Shown piece after piece: positions 1 through 13,027 of a stretch of 64,000 bases of DNA; position 1 is the stretch's first letter, and each line of letters begins with the position of its first letter. The notes under the pieces are model-generated. The model ran no database searches. It had not been told where the DNA came from and saw only the letters and a program-made list of their open reading frames with translations. The translations under genes were made by a program, and so were the position numbers. This DNA is from Microthyrium microscopicum (taxonomy: Eukaryota): NCBI GenBank assembly GCA_010405405.1, contig MU004230.1, positions 3,955,119-4,019,118 on the forward strand, given 5' to 3'.

Positions 1-517
1 GGCGCTAGCCTTTTCAGGACTAGACAGGAGGCTCTTCAGATCTCAACAAGCTTAACTACGACATAAGATCTTGCATTTCTTGATCTGCATAGTAATTTGT
101 AATTTCTGCTATTCAATAGCTTCTGAATTGCCTTTTGTCCTCTTTACTCCTCAAGCGACTCATCTTCCAGCGCCCATCCCATCACAGACCATGAGTTCGT
201 CAACTTATGCTGAGCCGCAGTCATCTGGCTTTACTGGCGCTTATGGCTGATGATTTGACCTTGGACTTTGGTATCAGCTCGGCATGGCTAACCTGTATGC
301 GTTACTGGTAGCATTTCCTAGGCTATTCTGCAGCCAAAGAATAGGACATTCATGGAGTAATACAGGAATTACACCCGCGCTCGATTGATTTCATCAGACC
401 CAGGCCTGTGCAAGTCACGTATAAAAGGTCACCACGTCTTCATGGTACGGACTCTCACAATGATCTTTGACAAAAGCCATCTCTGCTTCACTTTGTAAGG
501 TACGGTTCAGATCTATC

Positions 518-2379
518 ATGTCTCCTGCGTGTTACGTTTACTACGCCTTCATTGGCGGGGCCGTTGCTGCTGCCGGGTGCTCCAGTGGTTCAACCAGCAT
601 CCCAGCAAAGGCATCAATAAGTGGTTTACCTGTGGTGGATTTGGGATATGGCCTTTGGCAAGGCACGATCAATGTATGCTATAGATCAAACAATCATCCT
701 CAATACTGACAGCGAAAGGAAACTGGTGGTTATTACAATTTTTCCAACGTGAGATACGCGCAACCACCGGTTGGACAACTACGGTAAGTTTCTTTCTAAA
801 CGTAGTATACTTCAATGGCCATTGCTTACCCTCGATCAGCTTTGCTGCCCCCAAACCTCCTCGCACCAATCGAAGTGTTATTCATGACGGACAACACGGC
901 CGAGTGTGCCCTCAGGGTTATCCCGCATGGACAAAGGAGAGGAACATGTTCGTTGATGCCTACCTGGCTGATCCAAAAAACATCAGTAGCTTCACGAAGA
1001 AGCCAGCACCCGGTATAGACCCAACGGCAACACCACCACCACAGGACAATGGCTGGGCAACAGAGGACTGCCTATTTCTCGACGTTATTTCTCCAGTTAA
1101 TGTTTACGATAGCGGGTCTCTCAACAACTCGGGTGGTGCTCCAGTCCATGTCTGGCTGTTTGGTGGTGGATTCTATTCTGGTGACAAAAATGACAACAAC
1201 CCATCAGGATTTGTTGTCGAGTCAATGAAGAATCCCCAAACACAACCTGGTGTCATCTGGGTAGCGATCAACTATCGAATTGGAGCTCTCGGCTGGCTTG
1301 CCGGAAGCAACTTTACGGCAAGCGGTGGTATACCAAACGCAGGTCTTCACGATCAAAGATTGGCTCTGCATTGGATTCAACGAAACATTCACCTCTTCGG
1401 TGGCGATCCCAACAAGATTACTCTCATGGGCGCTTCTGCCGGTGCTTCATCAACATTACATCAAATCACTGCTTATGGTGGCAGCAAAGGTAACGCGCCA
1501 TTTCAGAAAGCTGTTCCTGAATCGCCTGCGTTCGCTCCTTCCCCTTCAGATGCCTTTCAAAACTCTATTTACCAACGATTCTTGGCCTCCGCAAATCTCA
1601 CAAGCTTGGCTGATCTACGGAAACTCTCATCAGAAGACGCGATCAAACTCAATAGTTTAACCATATTCAACGCTCTATATGGTAATGATGGCGGGCTTGG
1701 TCCGGCTGTAGATGGAACATTCGTACCTAATCTATTAACAATCCTTCTCAAGCAAGGCAACTTTTCCAAGAACGTTCAAGGAGTTTTCGCGGGCCACAAT
1801 ACCGACGAAGGTCTTATCTTCACCGATCCATCCATTCAAAACACAACTGCGTTCAACGCATTCATTCGACAAGTACTCCTCGCGGGAACAACAAATCAAA
1901 CTTACGAGTACATCGAGAACACACTGTATCCTGCAGTCTTCAACAACCTTACTGGTCTAGGCTACAACGATACCACGTCAAGATTAGCGACTTTGATTGC
2001 TGATTACACCCTCAATTGTAACGTTCGAGCCGTACTTGAAGCCTTCAATGTCAACAAAACCCATGGATATCTCTTCACCGAAGGTGCAGCACTGCATAGC
2101 GAAGAGACTCCATACATGTTCTACAGTGCATCTCCCACCGTCGATGAATGGAAAATAGGGGTCGTCAATGGAACGGTCGCTCAGACGCTGCAGAACTGGA
2201 TTTTGAACTTTGGTGCTACTGGAAACCCCAATGGTGAAGGGTCTCCATCAATTCCAACCTATGGTCCAGATTTCACGATGGGGGTTCTTTCGCAGAAAGG
2301 TGTTGGCAATCCCGTCAAGGATCCAGCTGGTAAAGAGAGGTGCGAGTTTTGGCAGTCCGGCGCATACGCTAAGCAATAA
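518..2379 (+). CDS. Secreted carboxylesterase type B (alpha/beta hydrolase)
   Basis: Hydrophobic N-terminus; VVDLGYG, then YNFSNVRYAQPPVGQLRFA after splicing introns ~674-718 and ~784-839; EDCLFLDV, oxyanion GGG, NYRIG, GLHDQRLALHW, FGGDPNKIT and nucleophile GASAG. Confidence 0.93.
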
Positions 2380-2649
2380 AGATTGTGACTTCGCCTGGAG
2401 ACATCTGTGCGCTTTTGGAAATGGGAGGGCCTTAATAGACGTTGAAGCATCTTGATAGGTTCTTGTTGGCTGCTGTGACTCTACTTCTAATAATTTACCA
2501 CTTCAATAAACATATTTGCTTCAAGTCCTACAGTTTGCTTCAAAGCCTGGGAGATGGATGATGATACACGGGCCCTCTCAGAAGGTAGATTGCCCTCTAA
2601 TTAGTAGATACGGATAACAAGGTATCTATGTATTGTTACAATTCGTGTC

Positions 2650-3608
2650 TTATCCTGAGGCACCTATCAAAGGTGCAATCTCATCAACTGTTGAGTGGTC
2701 GAAATGGTTCTTGTCCATGTACTTCTCAATCGCATCCTGTGCACATGTTAGTCAAAAAGATCTTATAAGTAAGAATGGGGTTACTTACCCAATCTTTGCA
2801 CTCGTGTGGGATACCCCAACCATCAACGGCAAACCGCTGACCGTTTGGCTCCGTTCGTGGCCACTCCATGGCCATATCTCCGCCACACTGTATAGTTTGT
2901 CGTAGATAGTCAAAGCAATGCAACATATGCTCGGCATGATCATTCTTTACGAACATACGATCAATCTCTCTTTGCATGACCGTATCGTTCTTATGGATCG
3001 AATCGAGGAACATGTAGCTGAAGCGGCGGATTTGGCCTAGGCAATGCATTTGATGGAAGACTGCGGTGCTATAGATCATGCCGTACGAGGTATTCTGTCC
3101 AGGTGGAAGCTCATACTTTTCCCAGTCCTTGATATACACGAAGCCGCGGCCATCCTAAGCTTGTTAGCCGATGTTCTACCTAGCAAATGTGAAAACTTAC
3201 AGGTAGCAGTTTATTCCAAGCTTCGTCGCTAACTGGATTTGGGCGCTGACCGTAGATGGGATGCTTCTCGAAGGTCATCTTGGTTTTGGCGAGGGGCGGT
3301 ACTGGCGTTTTTATCAGAGGCTCGTCGTCGCATTTGGCGGACTTGACTATTCTACGCATAGTGTCTGGCACATTGATGGAGAGAATGGCAAGCAGGCATA
3401 CGCAGAGCATGCCAATAATAATCTTGAGAAATAGGTTCGTCCGCCGTAATGATCGGCTCATAGCGTAGAGCTCTGGATGTATACCGGACATCTCATCGCC
3501 GGCATGATGTTCGTGTTGCTCTCTGAGTGGCTTTGCCTCATCGCCAGCCACTGCAGAATAGTCCTCTCTCGAATCGTTCGAACGTGACCCGGAACTGAAT
3601 AGCGCCAT
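2650..3608 (-). CDS. DUF3328 / UstYa-like oxidase, single TM anchor
   Basis: N-terminal TM helix; two HxxHC motifs (VFHQMHCL, HMLHCFDYLRQTIQCGGD) and GWG..HECKDW; introns 3155-3200 and 2737-2788 join in frame; stop at 2650. Confidence 0.92.
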
Positions 3609-4704
3609 CTTGAAAGTCGGAAGTCAAGGAAGGAGGGAAGAGGAAATGCTGGATGATGTCGATGAGCAGTCCGTCAGTGGTTCTGGAGTAGATGGGGCTT
3701 CAACGAAAGGGCTGGTATGCTGAGTTAGTTTTCTTGTACTCTTCTGGAGCTTTTAAGAGCTAAGATCCTTCAAACTTCTAGAAAGAAATAGCGACCAAGA
3801 GATTTGGAAGAGGCCAGGTGTGGCGAGAGCATGGTTCGAGACAAATGCTGTTAGAGGGCCTAAAGGGTCGGGCAGGGGTAAACATCTTCATGAGCACCAT
3901 AGTTGCCCCAATATATATTGCTCTTGGCGCTTGTCAAGTAGTCTGAACATTTGTTATTGGATGCCTTTGCTCACAATATGACTAGAGGGGAGTATAGTGG
4001 TTTGAGAATGAGGGTACGTTATGACCCCCTGGAAGCCATGGGATCTCCATCACAATTACTAACCATAAAACAATATAAGACCCGCGTGATATTTCCATCT
4101 AGCAGATCATGATTGGACGAGAACTTCATTTGTTTTAAGGCTATCACGACTGTGTCCAAACAAGTTCAGCTGTTTCAATGCTCTTATAAAACTGTAAAAA
4201 ACTTCAAAATACAATTCGAAACCGATAATGTTCATATGGTCAAGACTCTTAGCTCCCATCAATACCATCATTCAAAGAATCAAGAATTGATAGTGAAGCA
4301 TATGCCCGAATCCTGCAAACTGGTAGGTCCCCGATCAAATGTTCAGAGAAGTGGACAACTAATCGAACACAATACGAAGTTGATTTTGATACCAATTTTG
4401 TACCGAATTGTACCGAATTGTATCTTTTGTACCCACTGTACCCACAAGATCATATCTCTAGAATCCCAGACAAGCCACTACACCAGACTGTGAGTTGACG
4501 TCTGCGTCTTTCCGACAAACACCATCCGGAAACACTTCTCAATCACACTGGCCCTTACCCATCAGCACCCCATTCGTGGAATACGATCCATCTTTTCCGC
4601 CCAAAAAGCTGTGGTTTTCCAGGAGATCGGAACTCGAGGTTTAAGGCCGCATGTGCTGGACATCCCCATTGTAATCTGTCGCGGCGGAATCGTCTACTCC
4701 ATTT

Positions 4705-5549
4705 TCAAGTTAGCAAAAGAATTACGTGGCCAGTGAGATGCATCGGAAGCCACTTGCCTGGCATAGCGTCAGGTCGCGCTTGAAGCGCAAGACTAGTACC
4801 AACAGCACCTTGACCTTCGCTAGCGACCAGTCCCTGATCCAATGCATATTGTTTCTGTTCCACCAAATAGAGTATTCGTGATTCGAGCATTTTGGCGTGC
4901 ACTAAGGAGATGATTTTGAGGTGTTCGATGGTTTCGAGGTCTGCGGCCTCCATCAATTCGGGGAACCCGAAGAATCGTGGGTTTGCTTCTTGATTCCGCT
5001 GGAAAAGTTCGGCATGTTTTGGGTCGCGCAAATGAAGGCTGATTTGAACCAGATTTGGGGCCGGCACTAGCGCAAAGGTGTTTTTGAACCCTTCGATGTC
5101 CGAAACCATGCGAAAGGTTTTTTGGCCAAATGTATAACGTAGGAACTTCAAGAAGCGGCCCAAACAACTCGACAGATAATTCTGTCTGGCTTAGTGGGCT
5201 GAGATAATGGCCAGGGCCAGCATTAGGTCGACCTGGTAAAAGTCGGTGCATAAATCTTTGGGCGAGACGTCACATCAGTGTTATGGGAGCCAGTCGCAGA
5301 ATGTGAAGGAGACACCTCTGGAGATGGGCTGAACAAGAAGATGATCTTACCAAATGTATCTAAGCTATCATCTTGACGACGCAAGGCAGCGTCAAAGCTA
5401 AGAGCTTTCTGGTCGTCGACGGCGGCATCATTGGCGATAGTATTGTTTTGGTTCTACGAGGAAGGAGTGTCGTGGTTCAGTTGCTGGATGTCAGAGTCTT
5501 CTTGACTTTCAGTGGTAGGTGTGGCTTCTTGAAAAAGGGTATGCGCCAT
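4705..5549 (-). pseudogene. Orphan spliced ORF interrupted by in-frame stops (probable pseudogene)
   Basis: ATG 5549; the frame continues past TAG 5454-5456 to a GTAAG donor (5350); phase-matched acceptor at 5256; TAA at 5191-5193; then the 152-aa ORF. No family recognised and the 3' end is uncertain. Confidence 0.45.
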
Positions 5550-6246
5550 GCTGAAGAGCAGGTAGGACAAGCTTTGAAAAAATGATGTGCGCAGGTCTTG
5601 TATAGAAATTTGGGTACGGAATGAAGTTGGAGGGATGGCGAGAGATGGAAATGCTATCGAGGAAAGGTAAAGAGTGTTGCTGGTGGAACAAACTAGGATT
5701 GTCACCGGTAGCAAGTGTTCCAATCCATCATTCGTTCAGGTTCATCATGCTGCTACCTCAATGCTCGCTCATTTTAAGTTGACATTTCTGAACGTTTTGA
5801 TCTCAGGATCTGACTCTTCCTCTGTGATCTATCAGAGGAGACATATCCAGCGTCTAGATCAACCGATACCAACCGCCCCTGAGACTAGCCGTCGGTAACC
5901 ATTTGTCAAGGGAGCCTATAGTGCGAACAAAATCAGCAAGTCTAAAGGCCCATAGTATGGATTGGAAATTGATGGATAATGGAGATCCTTGATGATGATG
6001 ATAGTAACTATTATTATTGGAGATGAAGCTAATACTGTATTTTATACTTCAGAAAATTGCAGCCATAAGGCTGGATTCACAGCCTTATAGAGTTCTGACG
6101 CCTCGTCGGATCTTAGCGCCACAAAAACTTTTTGGCTAGCAATTTGAATTCGAATTGATTTTTTGAGACGCCATGAAAGAGGTAATGGCATCACGGGATG
6201 TTTCGAGTCTCCAGAAGGAAAGCTAGTACAAGGAACAGACCAACTC

Positions 6247-7131
6247 TTAGCGGATGGCAAGAACAAAGGTTCCAGACGACTGAGAACCCTCGGTTGGATT
6301 TGCATTTGGATCAATTGCAACTTTATCCAACCATCGGACCAGATTCTCACCGCCTTGTTCTTCAATTCGAGTAAAGGGAAACGACAAAGCTTGCCGAAGA
6401 GGATATCGCGGGTTCGTCAATTCGCGCAGGAGCTGAGGGTGATTCCAGAAGCCCACCGGCTGCGTGGCATGCCAGTGGAGTCGAAATGGCTGGCTGTTTT
6501 TCCAGTTGCCTTGGTACCACTTTGGGCGAGGATTCTGAGCAGATGCTGGCGCCGGAGCCGTTTCAACACGTGCCTAAACAGCTACTCAGCGAGCTGTGAC
6601 TTTCTTATCAAGAGAATTAAACACTTACATATCCCCTGAACAATCCGTTGATCTGTTCATATCCTCCATTAGACTCTGTCTTGTAAAACACAAGGTAGAC
6701 GTTATCATGTGTGGCGAAGGCGCGTTTGATTTGACGCTGAGGTGTATGCGATACTACATAAATGCCGTCCGTCATAGATTCAGTCATGAATTCCATGTCT
6801 AGGGGTTCATGGAGGAAATATGTGCTCGATCGCGCGCGTGCAGACAGAGGAGATCCTGCTCCATTGCGGATGCGCTGGTTCGACGGGAAATCCGACCTTC
6901 GACGAGGTAATCCGATATCGTGTCCAGAAACCTTACTATGGTTGGGGGAAACTACAACGGTTAACAAAGCTTAGCTTCAGAGACAGACTCTCGGAGCTTA
7001 CAAGATAGAGTTCTAGCAGAGCTTCTTAGCTCAACGTATTCCTCAGCGGATTGCCCAGAATTTGGCGGATGATTTGCTTGACTCGTCGAACCACTGAAGT
7101 CAAGCGGATCAACCTCCATTTCTGTGTCCAT
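6247..7131 (-). CDS. Divergent YTH-like domain protein (copy A)
   Basis: Introns 6952-7001 and 6574-6628 give TYFLHEP..ESMTDGIYVV..QIKRAFATHDNVYLVF..FRGY|ARV..PKWY..PFRLHWHATQPVGF..LTNP..TRIEEQGGENLV, colinear with the YTH consensus (YFIIKS..S..GIW..KLN.AF..VYLIFS..F.GYARM..PF.VEW..LPF..NP..E.E..G..L). Confidence 0.75.
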
Positions 7132-9201
7132 CGCTTGAGCAGATTGCGAGGTTACACTCAAGATCTTCGAAGCTCCGGTTGACAGTGTGAGACCCTTTGA
7201 AGGCTTTGGTGGAATCGGATAGATCAAAGGTAATGTTGTGGGCAAAACAATGAAGTGGGAGGTGTAGGAGCTTCAGGCAGCCACAGTCAACCTGAGCAAT
7301 TCCGCGCGGTAGAGCTGGACCTTTTCACCTGGATCAATAGAGCTGCCAATGCTAATTCGATATTACTTGAACAAGTACCTGGGATTGCTTTCGCTCGCAA
7401 CAGATTGCTATACAGACAGCAGCGCTCCATAGGCGTTGTCTTCTCGGGATTATTTGTCGTCTGATAGGCTTTTAAAGGTTCATTGTATCAATTTTAGAAC
7501 CAATGAAATTCATTGGCAATCAAGTTATAGACTAAATTGGCAGTTTTTAAGAATTATATGCTCCTCTCTTAGAGTTGAGATATGCTCATATATTTGTTGA
7601 AAATGGTGAGAACCTCTTCAACGTAACTCATAACATTTTGTGCAGACACAAGAGATATCTTGATTTCCTATAGTATTATCTCCAGCTTTTTTCCTTTAGC
7701 CGTATAAAAAACTTATTGGATCATTGGGGTTTGAGGTCTGTCATGTAGAAGCATTGTGTCTGTAAACCGTCCGGAACGTATTTACAATCTTGATTGAGAG
7801 ATTGTCAATAGCCTCCAAATAGTCTTATAGGCTGGAGCGCTGTAATGGACGGTGGATCTACTAAGTATGAGTCCTTCGCGTTGCATGTCAGGGATTCTGT
7901 CCGAGATACCTTTTTTCCAATGCTATAAGTTCAAAGAATCGAATAAGATGACTTGTAAATGTACTGTTCTAGGAAATGGGATGGCTTGGTAATTCCATAC
8001 GATGAGGTCTACGACAACTAATTTGCTGGAGCTCTAGCTATTAGCTCTATATTTATTGCTTCTGGTAATTTGTCTTTAAAATCTTGTCCAATTCACTTTG
8101 AAATCGCTGGAGTTCTCTCCCGAGCTAAAAAAAGCTCTAGCCCAATTAAGCCTTACTTTCTTGGAGCTAAAAATAAATAACCGAGCATTCTTGCGGCATG
8201 CTATGTCTCGGAGAGTACCACTGGATCGGTACTGCAAAATAGTAAAAAATAATCGAGCGTCAATGTGCTGCCAACGTCTCGAAGGGTATCACTGGATCGA
8301 TACCCAAAAGAAATCTCAAAATCTAACACAGCGAGGACCTTTTTTTTTAATTGCCTATTTTTTCTGGACTCCTTAACTAATCTTTTGTGGGGCATTCTGT
8401 TTTTTGTCTTGCTTGAGGGCATGGTACGTTCTATTCGCAAAGATATATCAAGAATATTACTGCTCGCTCATCCCGTGTTGGAATTGAACGAGGGTCAACA
8501 ATCTAAACAAATGCAGTTGACATTGGTTGTGTCCACAACCCTGAGCAATGGAGGCTTTTGATTGGTAAGATCGCTCATGCACTAGCGCAAGGCTGCCAAG
8601 ATAAGGCTGAAAGTTAACCACACCTCATGCATTGCATCAGGAGAGCTTGTTGGATATTAAGAAACTGTACCTGAAAAATTGGCAAAGGCCATACCTACAG
8701 TTTGAAAAGGCTTCTAACAAATGGAACTCTAGAAATGAGCCCATTTGTGTCAGGTTATTCCTGGTCAATGAAGAAAGTTGGAGTGTTGGACCAATACTGT
8801 AAGGAAGGCGGATTTCCAATTTTTTGGCTAACAAGTTTAGTAACCGAGTCTTTTCATATGAAGCGTATAGGCAAACTGTCCTGCACATCTGGCAGAGTAG
8901 TCAATTTAACCTCTCAACACCTTTGAGCCACATACTTAGGTAGTATTTCGGGATTTGAGAAAAGGACCAGATCTCAGTCAGGTGTTTCTACTTGCCTTAG
9001 GTACCTAGGTACTCAAGAGAAGTGTGTGCCCCACGGGCCGTCTAGTTTCTATACCTCTAATGATCTCAATCTTGCCACTTTTGGTTAGCTTTACCTTTTT
9101 CACCCCTCCATGTCATCTCTGCCTCAACAACAACCACCTTTGAAATCTACAAACCCAATCCAGACTTTGTGCGACTTGATCATAGCGCACCGGCAACCTT
9201 C

Positions 9202-11019
9202 ATGGCGGACGGTGAGACTGACGACATATCGTCTCTCCAGTCAGTAACCATCATGACACCAACAAATAGCGAACTTTCCTCTTTGCAATCACCAGAAAGC
9301 CTTGACAACAGCACAGATCACACTACGACAGAGCCTACGTCGGCTGACTTTACTGCGATATCAGCAAACTCATTCAACCACATGCCTCAAGGCAGTACTG
9401 TTATCGATTCTCTTGATACTCAAGAGGATGGTGTCTCTAAAAAGCGTTTGGAGGATTTCGACGTAACAAGAAGATCTATAAACGCGGCATTAGTGAGACT
9501 GGAAGAAGAAGGTCGTCAAGATTCAGCCAAAAATGAGCACAGCCTCACAATAAAATTGAGAGAGATTGACTATGAGTATTGGCCGAAAATACTGCCTCTA
9601 CTCGAAGAGCTCGAGGCGAAACGGGACGAACTGCGGGAAGCGCACCATAAGAAACAACTAGACCTGGAGGCAAAGCAAGCTACAGCCAAGGAAAAGCTTC
9701 TGCTCGCGAAAGCCGACAATAAAAAGAAAAGAAAAAAATGCTTACTATCCCCGAGCAGACGAGCAAAGCGTAGGCAGGAGTTGGAGGAGTTTGAACAACG
9801 AAAAGTTGCTGGAGCCCGTAAGTAACCTTCGCATTTGGAGACCAACGTGGATTAACGTCTATAGACACAACTCACAACCCTATTGGCTCCATTGATCCTT
9901 CTCACCAACGTCATCCCGTCAACTCTACAAATATCGACAATAAGCGCATGCGTCTCGATCAACCTACGACCTCGGAAACATCTCATTCCAATACCGGGCT
10001 TGAACAGCAACTCTTACGATTTGAGCGGACAATCTCTCCGGCGGGCGATATGGTAGGTTTTTTCTTTTCACAAACACCTTCCTCTCCATTTCTCCATGAA
10101 TGTGATCATATTTCACGCATCAAAAGGCCTCCATCCGTCCTGATCGACATACTTCAGTAATCTGACTGAAACTTATCTTCCAAGTTTGATCATTTCGATT
10201 CGACCAATCTTGTCATCATATTCAATTCGTCCCCATCGCAGTTGATGATTCGGATCGCATCCGATGGTCGTTCTAGCGTATCATCCGACTTTGTCCCAGC
10301 GGACAGATCATATATTGACGCGCGCTGGTTTTGACATCTTGCTAGGTAGTATGCTGACAGACTCCAGATCTCAGAACAGCCAAACACATTGTCTTCCTTG
10401 CGTAAGTCGTATTCCTTGATCCTGATTGGCATTTCGTGGACTAATACTCAATAAAAGCCCGGGCATCAACTATTTACTTTCTGGTCAAGCCACAACCAGG
10501 AGTGACAATGGCGGAAATGATGATGGAGGACTTTCTGATTGTACCAGAAGGGCTCCATACGAAGATAGACAATCTGTGGTGGTGTTACAAGAAAGGCATT
10601 TGTATCATATTTCTTGAGCAAGAGCGGGGTCGTAAGAAATTTCATGGATGCGTAAGTATTGCCACAGATCGTAGGAATGCTTATCTAGTTGAGAGCTGAC
10701 GGGATCTTAGGCAAGAGTTACTCTGGTTCCAGAGGTTACGAGCTTCTTACTGCCATTCCCAAGCTGGTCTCGCAAAGCCAATCTTGAGAATAGCAAACCA
10801 TTTGCTGTGAAATGGGAGAGTACGCAGTGGGCGCTCTTCCGCGACGTAGGCCAAGTGCAGCGGAAACTTCCAGACAATTTGTACGATACCGACTTGAAAT
10901 CGTTCCCGTCTTACTATCAGCTGCCAGATTCTGAGATCGGAGAAGAATTGGTGATGGGAATAGAAGAGGCAGCTGCACGCGCTATCAACAAAGCCTCTGC
11001 CGGGCGTCGTGCCTGGTAG
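9202..11019 (+). CDS. Coiled-coil + basic (NLS-like) + divergent YTH-like domain protein (copy B)
   Basis: Phase-compatible exons 9202-9817, 9865-10052, 10368-10401, 10458-10651 and 10711-11019. The domain reads IYFLVKP..EDFLIV..ICIIFLE..FHGC|ARV..PSWS..KPFAVKWEST..EIGEELV. The link to the upstream coiled-coil exon is predicted only. Confidence 0.65.
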
Positions 11020-11761
11020 CCAGTCGCGAGATTCAACGACTGGAGTGTTCAACAGAAAAACGGAATATTGAACCATCGAGGTGGGCAAACTCAGACATGT
11101 TAGCGATGCCTGGGATCCATTTCAACGGTACCGATAAGTTGATTGAAATCAAATAAGCATGCTACTCCGTCAAAAGACTGGACGACTGGGTTATGGAAGG
11201 TGCAAATGGCGACAGTACAGTAAAACAATGTCTCCGGGGTGGGAGAATCAAATTGCTGCTACAGACAGAATGAGTGCGAAGCGACAGGGCAAGATAATGA
11301 ACTGAACCCCGGCCAACTTAGCCAAACTTCACTTTGTCTGTCAACCCAGTTCCTGAATTTGATACATATATAGCACTCAATATAGCGCGAGAAAGTTCTT
11401 TAACAAAGTACCATCGACGCTTTTGATGGAGATGCGTCAATGAGCAATGCCATCGTTTTGAACTGGGTGCTAATTTGAAGCAATTGTCAAGTCACGAGTC
11501 GATTAACTGCACAGAAGTGATTCTTCTTATTTAATTGGCTGAAAATGAGGCCCATGCAGACATTTGTTGCATTCTATTGGCTCAAAACGATCAGGCTGCA
11601 GCCTCACCTCATTGCTCCGCTGTTACTTTCACACCTTGCTTCGCCTTTAACACTCCATCCTTCCCCACTCTCTATCTAGTGCTCCTTATCCTTGCTTTTC
11701 TGGCTGATTCAATATCCATCCATTCGCAGCTCACAAAATCGACCTCTCGAACATTTCATCA

Positions 11762-12696
11762 ATGTCTTTCTGGTATCCCGCCCCACCACACAACTTGTCC
11801 AGCGCACATGAAGCGCAAGATGCACCAAAGATTCATGAAACTCGGGCTGAAGACGAAGAAATGCGTGATGCTCTCACTGTCGAGGCTTGTAAGTTTTCAC
11901 CTGTCGTCTCCCATCGAATGCAATGGGGGACAGCGTGATTGATGGGAGAATACCCATTAATTACCCTTCTGCAGCGCACGATCTAGGAGCTCCTTATTTA
12001 CATGCGAGCGAGCAAAACATCGACACGAGGCTAACCAAAATGCGGGTAGTGCCAGAAAAAGAGATAATCGTTCCTATCATCTCTGATGATTCTGTTCCCA
12101 CTCCGACGATGTCTAGATTCTCTGGTGAATCTGTTGCTTATTTCATGCACCGACCCAGTCAGAAAAGCTACATAGCCGAATCAATCAAAGATTCAACCTA
12201 TTTGCTGTCAGAGAGACATCAGAAGAAATTGGCCCAGGCTTTTCTAGAGCATGATCGCGTTTTCATCATCTTCTTCGACATCGCTCCAGCGAAGGAGAAA
12301 AATGGCACGTTCGAGGGACTGGTGAGTTTCACGTCTTGATGCGACTTAGAAATGAAGAAAGTTAATCAGTTCCAGGCACAAGTCAAATCCGCACCAATCC
12401 GTTCCTCTGTTGTTCCTTATCCCCCTTGGCATCGCCATCAGCATAGAAAGAATTACCCATTTCGCCTGGAATGGCTAGCTACCGAACCTGTAGGATTTTG
12501 GGAAAATCCACCTCTACTCCGCGCGTTACAAGACTCCTTCTCGACAGCAAAACATTTCAAAGAATGGCCTTGGTTCCATTCAATTGATATGGGCTTGGGT
12601 CATGCGGTAGCGGAAGGACTATGTGCGAAGGCAGCTGCTGCAACTGATAACCGAGAAACTTCAACGCCATCAGAAGCCGCTCTAATTGAGGGATGA
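11762..12696 (+). CDS. Divergent YTH-like domain protein (copy C)
   Basis: ATG 11762 (MSFWYPAP); introns 11889-12049 and 12322-12375; VAYFMHRP..ESIKDSTYLLSERHQKKLAQAFLEHDRVFIIFF..NGTFEGL|AQV..PPWH..YPFRLEWLATEPVGFW. Confidence 0.75.
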
Positions 12697-13027
12697 AGCC
12701 GAGTAACTTGTACATTGCGGAGGCTAAACGCATAAAATTGATGTTGGCCCGGCTGATTTGTTACAAGTTTTGGTCAGAGGCTATGGAGAAGACGCTTGTC
12801 AAACGGGGTCGATTGAACGGGCGCGGCGAGTATTATGCTCAAATTGATGAGTAGTCGCATTTGACCAATGGAAATTCAAGTCTTTGAAGATGCGTTACTA
12901 TTCATGACATTATATAAGACTATATTACATGGGCCCATGATTCCTAAATCCAACCAATATCCCAACACCTGAACGTTAACAAAATATCAGACAAATCATC
13001 AAAATTTTGTATCAGACAAAAGAGATT

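Noticed and set aside
4395..4446. Short TGTACC-based tandem repeats
   Set aside because: Degenerate minisatellite without spacers; not CRISPR-like.
7480..9020. AT-rich stretch with GAGCT repeats and a GTACCTAGGTAC palindrome as a possible transposon relic
   Set aside because: No terminal repeats, target-site duplication or transposase motif that I can support.
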